Origin: Candidatus Falkowbacteria bacterium
GTDB lineage: Bacteria > Patescibacteriota > Patescibacteriia > CAIXNZ01
Reading direction: 5' to 3'
DNA: 64,000 nt
NCBI GenBank assembly: GCA_963774955.1
Contig: CAVZGV010000006.1
Span: forward strand, 159,224 to 223,223
Of the stretch, positions 10,293 to 19,143 are shown piece after piece. Position numbers and translations under genes: made by a program. A model generated the notes under the pieces. It was not told the origin of the DNA, did no database searches, and saw only the letters and a list, made by a program, of their open reading frames with translations. How positions within the stretch are numbered: position 1 is the first letter of the stretch; each line of letters opens with the position of its first letter.

Positions 10293-10508
10293 TTAACATT
10301 TTGAAGCTACAATGATGGCAATGCCGATCACTACAGCTGCCAATAAAATCGCTGCAGCTAAAGGTTTTTTCATAACTCCTCGCAACGCTTTCGTATCAAC
10401 GACCAAACGATCAACTATCCAGACTGCGATAGCAAAACATACGGCTGAAGATATGGCCACCACAAAAATCCAGCCCAAGAGAATTACATAGTTGTTTAGA
10501 AATAACAT
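10293..10508 (-). CDS. Small two-TM membrane protein (DUF350-like)
   Basis: Two hydrophobic helices; C-terminal AAILLAAVVIGIAIIVA. Confidence 0.55.
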   Translation of the reverse strand: MLFLNNYVILLGWIFVVAISSAVCFAIAVWIVDRLVVDTKALRGVMKKPLAAAILLAAVVIGIAIIVASKC

Positions 10509-10607
10509 ATTACCCCTTCGCCCTCTGAAGCTCGAAGAGCGAAAGAGGGCCTTAATGATTTATTTTTCAGCCATAGGCTGATCCGCCTTTGGCGGATATT
10601 TTAATGT

Positions 10608-11519
10608 TTAGAATTTAACCGGAATACTGACCAAGTTGACTTCGGTCTCACCGTCTTTGCCAAAAACTTCAACAAAACCCTCTTTAGTCGTGGAAAATTC
10701 ATAAGATATTTTCAGGCTAAACTCGCCGAAACCGTCTGCCCCGATATTTTTAACAGAGCCTGAAACATCAATCAAAGTCTGGCCACTTTTACTTTTAACC
10801 CGGGCATAAATTTTATTATCCGCTGTTTTGGCTTTGCCTTCAATCTGAATCGGCGAACTCAGCTGTTCATCACCAACCGGCGAGCTAACTGTAATATCTC
10901 CGCTGGTGACAGAAGGCTTCGTTGTCGGAGTTGCGGTTGATCCGCATTTTTCAATTTTCAACATATCGCCTGTGCATGAATTATACCACCCTTCCTGATC
11001 AGTCCCAATTTTTCGGCATTCTTTATGACACTGCCCTTTACGGCATTCAATACGGAAATAAGCCCATTCTTCGCAAATACTTTCATCGCTAAAAACGCAG
11101 ATTGCCGCTTCACCTCCATCTTTAGTAAAGGCTTCTGAAGTCCCGCCGTCTTCCTTACATTTGGTTGCCGCTGGATTTGCCAAGGCAACATTTATATTAT
11201 CATTCAAATTGGTATTTACGTTAACATTATCATTAATATTTGTATTCACATTTGTATTGATGTTCGAATTGGAATTAATATTTGTATTCGCGTTGCTATT
11301 CACCTTAATCAGGTCATCACCGGTTAATGCGTTTCTAAGCAGACACCAGCCTGGGACATAATCCTCACCCTGAAAAACCTTAGTAATCTGACAAAGGGGG
11401 GAAAAAATAGTTGCCCAAAAGCCGACCGGAGAAAACGGCACTAAAAAGTAAACAATAAAAAACAAAATCAGCAAAATGTTTAATAAAAGTGATAATTTAC
11501 CGGTTGTTTTTGATTTCAT
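10608..11519 (-). CDS. Membrane-anchored protein with an Asn-rich linker, DUF333 domain and C-terminal Ig-like (Gmad2-like) domain
   Basis: N-terminal TM, N(I/T/V)N repeats, LANPAATKC...GG...CEEW, and ITVSSP...SSPIQIEGKA. Confidence 0.75.
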   Translation of the reverse strand: MKSKTTGKLSLLLNILLILFFIVYFLVPFSPVGFWATIFSPLCQITKVFQGEDYVPGWCLLRNALTGDDLIKVNSNANTNINSNSNINTNVNTNINDNVNVNTNLNDNINVALANPAATKCKEDGGTSEAFTKDGGEAAICVFSDESICEEWAYFRIECRKGQCHKECRKIGTDQEGWYNSCTGDMLKIEKCGSTATPTTKPSVTSGDITVSSPVGDEQLSSPIQIEGKAKTADNKIYARVKSKSGQTLIDVSGSVKNIGADGFGEFSLKISYEFSTTKEGFVEVFGKDGETEVNLVSIPVKF

Positions 11520-11705
11520 ATGGTTAAGCCTTAATTCTTAATTCTTATTGTTATATATTATAGCATAAGTCCTACTCATTCGCTAATTACCTCGCATATT
11601 AGTATATTCTTATCCAATTAGTAAATTCCTTTAGTAACAAATTAAAAAGCTCGCAGTTGCCCGCAAGCTTTAAATCCCCTCATTTGGGGACGGAAGTCAA
11701 ATGTC

Positions 11706-12221
11706 TTATTGCTCTTTCTTCTTAAAAAAGACCTCAGCATAATGTACTATTTTTTTCTGGACCTCACTAACCAAATAGATCAGTTCCCGAAAAAACTCAT
11801 ACGATATCGCAAATGGAAATAGTACTACGATGTAGATGAAAGGTACTGCGCACATTAGTAATAATGTCGCAATCCAGACAGGCACAAAAATAAGCCCCGC
11901 ATCCTTATCAACGAAAAGCATAAGGAGTAAAAATCCAAAGTATATCAGCATAACTATACTGAAAATGGCATCAAATAGCATCCATTTAACACCACTCCAG
12001 CCATCTCGTATAGCCTTCGGGATGGCAAATATTCCGTACACGGCTAAAACAATTGCCAGAAGAATAAGAATAATAATTCCGACAAGAAATCCATCAACTA
12101 AAAATGACTCATCAATGTTAGGTGCAATCTCTTGGATTAAAGACTTAGCCAAAGATTTAAAAGGATAACCTATTAAACAAGCCAGCAATATCCCTTTTAA
12201 AACAAAGGTTCTTTTGTTCAT
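11706..12221 (-). CDS. Hypothetical membrane protein
   Basis: Several hydrophobic helices; AGGAGG upstream. Confidence 0.65.
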   Translation of the reverse strand: MNKRTFVLKGILLACLIGYPFKSLAKSLIQEIAPNIDESFLVDGFLVGIIILILLAIVLAVYGIFAIPKAIRDGWSGVKWMLFDAIFSIVMLIYFGFLLLMLFVDKDAGLIFVPVWIATLLLMCAVPFIYIVVLFPFAISYEFFRELIYLVSEVQKKIVHYAEVFFKKKEQ

Positions 12222-12438
12222 CAGATCCTCCTGACCTTATTAGTTTAAAAAACGCTTATTTGCTTCCGACATAACACCGCAAACCTCCAGCCAACATGGT
12301 CTGGATATTTAATATTTACATATAATTACACCCTCTGTCAATAAGGGTGCAACTTCATCCAACCGCACATAACTTCATAAAACCTCATATAACCTCAATT
12401 AAAAAAGCCTGCAGTTACCTGCAAGCTTTGCTGTTCCT

Positions 12439-13080
12439 TCATTTTGGGACGAAATTTTCCGTGGCGACTTTTAATTTCCCCAAAACATTTTCATAAATCG
12501 TGACCGAAGCGTTTTGGTAGAATTTGTCCCGGTGTCGTTGTTCAGCTTCTGCGAGACTTATCTGCTGAATCACTCTGGCATAAAGGATCATCCAGCTGCC
12601 ATGTCCGACAATCAACACGTCTTTACCAGCATAAAATTCGCGCAAATCAGCATTGAACGAATGAATGGCGAGTTCCACATCCTGGCCAGCTTGTCCGCCA
12701 AGTGCCCGATTATGAAACCAGCCTTCGCGCTTTTGAATTCTTGCTTCTTCCGGGTAAAACCTTTCGACCATTTCCCTGGGCATGGTATGCCAAATACCGC
12801 GCCAGTGCTCATTTAACCGGGAATCAATCACTGTCGGTGCACAACCCAACATTTCCAACAAAGTTTCCTGGGTTCGTCTGAAAGTTGAAGTAAAACAGGC
12901 ATCAAATGTGCCAAATTTTGCTTTCAGATATTCCCCGGTTTTTTGCGCCTGATCTCGGCCTTTAACTGTTAGAGGAAATTGGTGATTAGGTACCATTTCC
13001 AAGGATTCATCATCCCTACCCCTGGCATTACCTTCTGACTCAGCATGACGCACAATTACGATTCTTCTCGGCCAACCCAT
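12439..13080 (-). CDS. Histidine phosphatase (phosphoglycerate mutase family)
   Basis: VRHAESEGN, R..ET, LNE and VGHG motifs. Confidence 0.9.
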   Translation of the reverse strand: MGWPRRIVIVRHAESEGNARGRDDESLEMVPNHQFPLTVKGRDQAQKTGEYLKAKFGTFDACFTSTFRRTQETLLEMLGCAPTVIDSRLNEHWRGIWHTMPREMVERFYPEEARIQKREGWFHNRALGGQAGQDVELAIHSFNADLREFYAGKDVLIVGHGSWMILYARVIQQISLAEAEQRHRDKFYQNASVTIYENVLGKLKVATENFVPK

Positions 13081-13091
13081 CTTTATCTCCT

Positions 13092-13421
13092 TTAAAAATT
13101 AATCCGGAATTCCAGACCATAAGGCTGAAAGCCCAAAGCCTGATAAAACTCGTGGACCAAAAGTCGTTCCTGCCTACTGGTGGCAATCAACTTATAACAG
13201 CCATATTCTCTGGCTTCATTTATTACCTTCTTAACCAACATTTTGCCCAGACCCTTTTTACGTTGCGATTCTGCCACCCACAAATCTTCCACCAGGCCAA
13301 AGGGCTGATCATGAAGATCATTATGCAAAATGTATAAATGTACGCGGGCGACTTCACGTTTTCTGATAACAACGGCAAAACGAATGCCGAAAGTATAGCG
13401 ATGATAAATTTTAACTTCCAT
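13092..13421 (-). CDS. GNAT acetyltransferase
   Basis: VEDLWV...QRKKGLG and FYQALGF. Confidence 0.85.
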   Translation of the reverse strand: MEVKIYHRYTFGIRFAVVIRKREVARVHLYILHNDLHDQPFGLVEDLWVAESQRKKGLGKMLVKKVINEAREYGCYKLIATSRQERLLVHEFYQALGFQPYGLEFRINF

Positions 13422-13455
13422 TTTTCCTCCTTGCCCCGCTACGCAGGGCTATATT

Positions 13456-13980
13456 TCAAAGAACGTGGTAATTATTATTAACCTTATTAAAAATAAATCT
13501 TATAATCTCCTGAATTTCTATATTAGCCGTATTAAACTCATCTTCACCGCTTATTTTAAAAGTCTCCTGCCAATAATCAATTATTTCCTTTTCTGTCACT
13601 TTGTATTTAACATCTGGAATCTCGCGGTTTAAATTACGGCATAAACAAACATGCAAGGGCGGATAAAGCAGAAAGGAATGAAATTCATAATTATATTTTT
13701 CCGCCAGTTCTTTATAGGCTTCATACTGGTATTTCTTTGAGGAATGGATATCAGCCAGAATATTTCTTCCCCGCTTCATTAATTCCTCGGCTAAGTGCAA
13801 AGCAGATTCAAAGGCTAATTCTGTCCGCCAGGGACTAGGCTGAGTCCAGTCAATTGCTCTTTTAAAAGCGTCAAAATCAATATAGCTGGCATTATCAAAT
13901 TTATCTTTAAGCAAACTTATGGTCGTGGTTTTACCGGCACAAATCGGACCGCGGATAATAATTATTTTAGGAGTTGCCAT
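13456..13980 (-). CDS. P-loop kinase (AAA_33-like)
   Basis: GPICAGKTT Walker A and an R..R lid motif. Confidence 0.8.
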   Translation of the reverse strand: MATPKIIIIRGPICAGKTTTISLLKDKFDNASYIDFDAFKRAIDWTQPSPWRTELAFESALHLAEELMKRGRNILADIHSSKKYQYEAYKELAEKYNYEFHSFLLYPPLHVCLCRNLNREIPDVKYKVTEKEIIDYWQETFKISGEDEFNTANIEIQEIIRFIFNKVNNNYHVL

Positions 13981-14055
13981 AATGAGTACGGATCTTAGAT
14001 TTTGGATTTTAGATTATCAATTATAACTAAAATCTAGAACCTAGAATCTAAAACC

Positions 14056-14799
14056 TTATTTTAATAATTCCCACAGCCTTAAAAATATAATCTTTTGAGT
14101 TACATAAATCATTTTATTTTCAATAATCACGCCAACCGGCTGAGCCTTGGCATCGCGGGAAATAAAAGCGCACTTATCAGCATAAATAATAATATAAGTT
14201 TTTTGTTGGCTATCTTCGGCATTTAAATACTTGCGTTCATCCATACCGCGCAGTTCACCCTGTTTAGCAAAGGATATTGTCCTGACCTTAATTTTATTTT
14301 TTATGCGTTTATCAGAAAAATCTTCAAAGCCCTGATACAGATCTTTAGTAATGCCGGCGGCTGAATAAACAAAGTATTCTTTCTCTTCAGCCAGGATCAT
14401 GGAATCAAGCACGTCATCCAAAATCTGATGCACACCTTTTTTACCTTCGTAAAATTTTACAATCGGCATATTGCCGCCTTTATCCTGCAGAGCTTTTAAT
14501 TCAGGAATCAAATCCCCGAAATTAGCCTTAACCTTTTGCAGTTCTTTTTCCTTGTTTTCCACCAGCTTAACTAAAGTGACCGGATCTTCAGCCACAAATT
14601 TCTGCTTGGTATCCTGATGGAAATAAGTAACCAAGCCTTTTTCCTGCAAACTTTTCAAGAGGTCATAGGCTGTGCCCCTATTCACATCAGCCAGTTCAGC
14701 CAAAGAGCGCACCGAAATCGCGCCATATTCCAAAAGCGTCAAATAAACTTTAATTTCCTTGTCAGTAAGTCCTAATTTTTTAAATAATGTTAAATCCAT
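14056..14799 (-). CDS. TrmB-family transcriptional regulator
   Basis: LGLTDKEIKVYLTLL winged HTH, VKFYEG and IYADK. Confidence 0.85.
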   Translation of the reverse strand: MDLTLFKKLGLTDKEIKVYLTLLEYGAISVRSLAELADVNRGTAYDLLKSLQEKGLVTYFHQDTKQKFVAEDPVTLVKLVENKEKELQKVKANFGDLIPELKALQDKGGNMPIVKFYEGKKGVHQILDDVLDSMILAEEKEYFVYSAAGITKDLYQGFEDFSDKRIKNKIKVRTISFAKQGELRGMDERKYLNAEDSQQKTYIIIYADKCAFISRDAKAQPVGVIIENKMIYVTQKIIFLRLWELLK

Positions 14800-14919
14800 A
14801 CGAATGAAAATAGTAATTAGTTATTAATAATTGGTAATTTATTTAAATCTCTAAATGATACAACGATAATTGGGTATTTTTTCGATTTTCTTTTTTATAT
14901 TTTATTTTTTAAAATCAAT

Positions 14920-15315
14920 CTAAGAATTATTTTTCCAACTAAGCCTTAGATTGATCCTGAAGCACACGCTTCAGGATGTGAGATGTATTACCCGCTTAGT
15001 AATGAATACCAAACTAAGTGATTAAATTTTGAAACTCGGGGACAACTATACCCACCCCTACATTTCGTAACTTTCCCTCCGCCGTCCACTTGGTTAATAT
15101 TATTCGGGTAACGCTCTGTTTTTATCCCTCATCATAGATTTTTTCTACGATGAAAATTGTTGAAGGTCGAAGGAGATCCAGGCGGAAAGCGGCAGAGCCA
15201 TTTAGTTAATATTCGTGTGAATATTAGACTAAATGAACTCTGCGCGCCTCCCAACCCGGAATCTCCCTCGACCTTTTTTTAATGTACTACACGCCCTCCA
15301 TTTATCACTATTCTA
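14920..15315 (-). ncRNA. Candidate structured ncRNA or long 5' leader, family unidentified
   Basis: 113-nt rod hairpin at 15163-15275 whose mismatches become G-U pairs on the minus strand. Further hairpins at 15129-15153 and 14954-14977, a promoter upstream, and no long ORF. Confidence 0.5.
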
Positions 15316-15320
15316 CTTTC

Positions 15321-15349
15321 ATCATATACCCGCCCAAAATATTTGTCAA
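15321..15349 (-). promoter_or_regulatory. Sigma70-type promoter
   Basis: TTGACA-17 bp-TATGAT on the minus strand. Confidence 0.65.
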
Positions 15350-15541
15350 GTATTTTTCTACAAGTTTAAATTAGAATAGTGTATTTTACTTAATTTTAGC
15401 TTAATTATTATATATATTTTGTCAACATATTTTACTATAAAAAACAAAGTTATCCACAACGTACTAGAACTCGCAACGCTCGTTCAGTACGTTGCAGGCA
15501 GCAACAAAAAAGCGCAAACGACCTTTGTCTTTTGTCATTTC

Positions 15542-16610
15542 GGGTAAATGGTACCCAAACTGGTTGGTGAAAAGACAAAATTTCTGTTAAGGTTAGATTA
15601 AAATTGATACTTAATATTAAACTGGTTCAATATTATGAAAAAAAACTTGTCCAGATTGCTCCTCTAATAATGTAATTTTTTATGGCCAAAATGATTGCGG
15701 ACGGCAAAGATTCAAGTGCGGGAAGTGCAATCGACTGTTTGTTTTCCGCAATGCAAAGAATAAATTGAACCGCCAACTTAAATGGTTTAAATTATGGATA
15801 GCCGAAGGATATTCAGTCAGGCAAATTTCGGGAATTAGCCACCACAGCAGGAAAACAATTAAGGGAATAATCAGTTATTGGCTCGCAAAATTACCGAGCC
15901 CTTTAAACGTACAAACCGGAATAAAATATCTGCTTTTTGATGGTACATATTTCCACCGCATGAATTGCTTAATGCTGGCAATGAATAATGCCAATGGCCA
16001 AATCATCACAAATAGGTATTTAAGGCGTGAAAATTACTTTGCCGCCCTTGAGCTGTTCAAGGAGCTGTCAGATAAAGGAATCAAGCCTACAGCCATTACA
16101 ATTGACGGTAATACTAGCGTAATTAGAGCCTTAAAGGACGCATGGCCGAATATCGTAATACAGCGCTGTATCGTTCATATCCAGAGGCAGGGATTATCTT
16201 GGTTAAGAATGCGTCCTAAACTGGAGCCATCGATACAATTACGCAAGATATTACTGGCGGTAACAAACATTAACAATTATCCGGAAAAACATAAATTTAT
16301 TTCAGATTTTCATAAGTGGGAAAGAAAATTCGGCAAAGCGGTTTCAAGACTCGACTGTAACCACAAAGTCTTTAGTGATTTGCAAAGAACTAGAAGCTTA
16401 GTAATTCATGCCTTGCCCGACATGTTCCATTATTTAGATAATCCGAATATCGCCAAATCAACGAATAAACTTGAAGGATATTTTTCTCGTTTAAAAAGAT
16501 TGTATCGCCAGCATTCAGGATTAAGCAAAGATAACAGAAACAATTACATTAGCTGGTATATTCATTTCAAAAATCATTAATTCACCAACCAGTTTGGACC
16601 CCTTATACCC
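15542..16610 (+). mobile_element. Insertion sequence copy 1 (1069 bp; IS256/Mutator-like DDE transposase)
   Basis: 30-bp terminal inverted repeats match at 25/30 (GGGTAAATGGTACCCAAACTGGTTGGTGAA vs GGGTATAAGGGGTCCAAACTGGTTGGTGAA). Flanking duplication is ATTTC, or CATTTCG if the ends are 1 bp further in. Appears identical to 20318-21386. Confidence 0.9.
15635..16580 (+). CDS. Transposase, frameshifted at an A8 run (Zn ribbon, HTH, DDE)
   Basis: FDGTYF, TIDGN, QRCIVH and STNKLEG motifs. An in-frame upstream CPDC...CGKC segment can be reached from ATG 15635 only by a +1 shift. Confidence 0.8.
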
Positions 16611-16677
16611 ATTTCGACCGGAGTGGAGAAATCCCTCAATAATCTAAGGGATGCCTCCATTTCAGTCGGTATGACAA
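16611..16677. repeat. REP-like palindrome interrupted by the IS
   Basis: (TGTC)ATTTCGACCGGAGTGGAGAAATCCCT...AGGGATGCCTCCATTTCAGTCGGTATGACA is an imperfect inverted repeat whose left tip lies at about 15533-15541. Confidence 0.7.
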
Positions 16678-16721
16678 ATGGCATTTACGCTTCCCTATTT
16701 CCAATCCCTAATTCCTCAATC

Positions 16722-16771
16722 TTGACTTTACCTCATTTTTCTGCTAAACTTCCCTATTACCGATAAGGAGG
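16722..16771 (+). promoter_or_regulatory. Sigma70 promoter and RBS
   Basis: TTGACT-17-TAAACT with an extended TG, and AAGGAGG before ATG 16776. Confidence 0.55.
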
Positions 16772-16775
16772 CAAC

Positions 16776-17390
16776 ATGGATTTAAGGCCCATTCTTAAAC
16801 CCTATCTAAAAGGCGAACTAGTCACCATTTGGACAATTTGCCCGGTAACATCCTGGGAACATTTTCAAAAAGTCGGCCTGATCAAGGCTGATGGCCGCCG
16901 CGCCATGAAGAGTTACCGCGAAGCCTATCATTGGCTGATCGAGCAAATGGTAAAAAAAATACCAGGTCATAAACCTGGTCAATTCCCCACCTGGGCCTGG
17001 TATTATCCCCGCCCCGACCTACGCCACATAGCGCATTTAGCCACAGGGACCAAAGGGATATTGCTAACCTGCAAAGTCCCCGGCCAAAGAATGCTGCTGT
17101 CTGACTTTGGCGCCTGGCACCATGTGCTTAACCAATGGTATTTGCCGCTGACCAAAGAAGAAGATGATGCAGCCGACGAGGAAGAACGAGGCTGGTACAA
17201 ACTGCCAAATATCAGCCAAAAATACTGGCAGTTGCGCCTGGAAAAAAACATGCCCAGCTGGCAGCGTATCTTCGATCTGCAGGCTCTCAATAAATCAAAA
17301 CTGCTTGGTCCGGTTGAACAGATCCAAGCGACTGTTTCTTACATCAGACTGGACGAGGTGGTAAAAGTTACACCTTTTACTGCCCGCTAA
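16776..17390 (+). CDS. DUF3841-like protein
   Basis: P.WAW, LLSDF..WH.VLN, W..IFD and IQAT motifs; followed by a hairpin at about 17389-17409. Confidence 0.75.
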   Translation: MDLRPILKPYLKGELVTIWTICPVTSWEHFQKVGLIKADGRRAMKSYREAYHWLIEQMVKKIPGHKPGQFPTWAWYYPRPDLRHIAHLATGTKGILLTCKVPGQRMLLSDFGAWHHVLNQWYLPLTKEEDDAADEEERGWYKLPNISQKYWQLRLEKNMPSWQRIFDLQALNKSKLLGPVEQIQATVSYIRLDEVVKVTPFTAR

Positions 17391-17447
17391 GAACCCTCCG
17401 GGGTTCTTTTTTATATCAAAAAAGAGGACGATGCCCTCTTTATAATG

Positions 17448-18404
17448 CTAGTTTAAAAGCTCTATAGCCTGCCAGTTAAATTTGAATAACCCTTTCCGAC
17501 CAAATGGCTTAATAATCCCATAGTAGCTTGGGATATTTCTAAAATTCAATTTCTGAAAAATACGCCGCATATTCATTCCAGATAATTTCCTGTCATAAGA
17601 ATAAATAATACTCCCTAAAAAATGCAATCCTTGCTCTGCCTTGATAATTATATCATTTTTGAGGTTTATATTCAGGTTAAGACGAGTATTTAAAAAATTT
17701 ACAGCCAAATTCCTAAGTTCTCCTGCCCTCTCTTTACTCCCAGCCAAGATTATAAAATCGTCTCCGTATCTTAAATAAGCCATTGGCTTTAATATATTTT
17801 TAACATAGCGGTCAAATTCATTCAAATAAATATTGGCGAAAATCTGGCTGGTCAAATTGCCGATGGGCATTCCCCCGTTATTGCCCAAATCATAACTTAT
17901 AATCACCTTGGCAATTAAATTAAAACTGAACTTATCTTTAATTCTTAATTTAATAATATCTAATAAAATTTCCTGGCCCACAGAATCAAAGAACTTCTTA
18001 ATGTCAGAACGCCAGACATAACTATCAGGATATTGGCGTAAAAATGATTGTGTTCTTTTAATGGCCTTATGCAATCCTTTGCCTTTTCGGCATGACCAAG
18101 CATCATAAATAAAAGTTTTATCGTAAATCTCCACCAGATAGTCATAAATCAGCCGATGAACAATTTTATCGCGTAACGGCGCGACCGAAATCGTCCGTTT
18201 CTTATTATCAGTCACCTCAAAATATCTGTAATTGCCCGGTTGATAATTGTCAGTTATCAGCTCTTCATGAAGCTTAAACAATTCCGGCTCCAGATTATAT
18301 TTAAACTCATCAAATTCATAAGTCCGCTTTTTGCCTTTTTGGTATTCGCCAAAACAGCGCCATAAATTTGCTACACTGATGTCCATGGAACCATATCCGG
18401 TCAT
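17448..18404 (-). CDS. DGR reverse transcriptase
   Basis: RDKIVH, SCRKGKG, DIKKFFDSV, GMPIGNLTSQIFANIYL (DGR-type SQ), RYGDD and FLG motifs; no maturase or HNH tail; TR and VRs adjacent. Confidence 0.95.
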   Translation of the reverse strand: MTGYGSMDISVANLWRCFGEYQKGKKRTYEFDEFKYNLEPELFKLHEELITDNYQPGNYRYFEVTDNKKRTISVAPLRDKIVHRLIYDYLVEIYDKTFIYDAWSCRKGKGLHKAIKRTQSFLRQYPDSYVWRSDIKKFFDSVGQEILLDIIKLRIKDKFSFNLIAKVIISYDLGNNGGMPIGNLTSQIFANIYLNEFDRYVKNILKPMAYLRYGDDFIILAGSKERAGELRNLAVNFLNTRLNLNINLKNDIIIKAEQGLHFLGSIIYSYDRKLSGMNMRRIFQKLNFRNIPSYYGIIKPFGRKGLFKFNWQAIELLN

Positions 18405-18729
18405 AAATTTAATTTACGAGGTTTATAAGCAGATTATAGACCTTGACAGCCGGCTGACTAAAAGGTGGCGCTATTCTCTAGGCGTGAGTCTGGAAAACAG
18501 CATTTTATCATGTCTGGAACTCTTGATCATGGCCAAGAACGCGCCCAAGCCGCTCAAAGCGCCCTATCTGTACAAGGCAGACGCGCAATTGGAAATAATC
18601 CGCCTCAAACTGCGATTGCTTCTGGAGCTGAAACTGGCGAATGAAACTAAACTTTTCCAATTGCAGAGCCAATTGCAGGAAATAGGGCGCCAAGTCGGCG
18701 GCTGGCTGAAATCAGCGCAGAATAAATAA
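18385..18729 (+). CDS. avd: DGR accessory variability determinant (Avd, four-helix bundle), on the strand opposite to TR and RT
   Basis: Basic helical protein of about 114 aa with RYSLG and EIGRQVGGWLK. ATG at 18385 (or 18379). Confidence 0.85.
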   Translation: MEPYPVINLIYEVYKQIIDLDSRLTKRWRYSLGVSLENSILSCLELLIMAKNAPKPLKAPYLYKADAQLEIIRLKLRLLLELKLANETKLFQLQSQLQEIGRQVGGWLKSAQNK

Positions 18730-18839
18730 AACTTTACCGAGGCCCGAACCGAATTATTGTCATTATGATTGTCTGGATTATTCCAATTCAAGTTGAACTG
18801 ATGATTATTCCGATTCCAATTGCCAAACGGCACAGCGCC
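18727..18839 (-). repeat. DGR template repeat (TR)
   Basis: 113 bp; in the target frame it reads GAVPFGNWNRNNHQFNLNWNNPDNHNDNNSVRASVKF (12 AAY codons). Differs from VR1 and VR2 only at adenines. Confidence 0.97.
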
Positions 18840-19143
18840 CTTGATTGATTTAGCTTGTCCATATACCTTAGATCGTCGCAACGATCCTCGGTCCATTGGC
18901 TTGGATTTTTCATCCACAGTAGCCCGGGAGGGCGAAGGTGGATAAGCTAAACTCAAACGTAAAGTTATATTTATTATTTTGCGCAAACGACAATGCAGTC
19001 TTAAAAACTGATCATTGCGATTTTTGATTTGCGCAAATTTACGGTAGCTGAATCTAAGTTCAGCATGTATTCACCGTATTACTGATTTAAAAATACAAAG
19101 ACAAAATATAAAAGCCTCAAAACCAAAACCCAAAGTCCAAATC

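Noticed and set aside
15163-15275. SRP RNA, 6S RNA, tmRNA or RNase P
   Set aside because: There is only a loose CAGG..GGAA..GCAG resemblance, on the strand disfavoured by G-U pairing. I see no tRNA-like ends, no GAGGAAAGUCC and no clear 6S central bubble, so it is left as unidentified.
15635-15645. TGA read-through (genetic code 25) as the explanation for the transposase frame
   Set aside because: A TAA lies six codons upstream with no start in between, and other genes here end in TGA (e.g. at 38540).
17448-18404. RT as a group II intron, retron or CRISPR-associated RT
   Set aside because: It is short, with no maturase or endonuclease domain, has the DGR-type IGNLTSQ motif, and has TR, VRs and Avd adjacent.
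18564-18986. 140-aa Asn-rich ORF on the minus strand
   Set aside because: It is the TR read in the target frame plus antisense avd. The AAY codons explain both the Asn content and the lack of stops.
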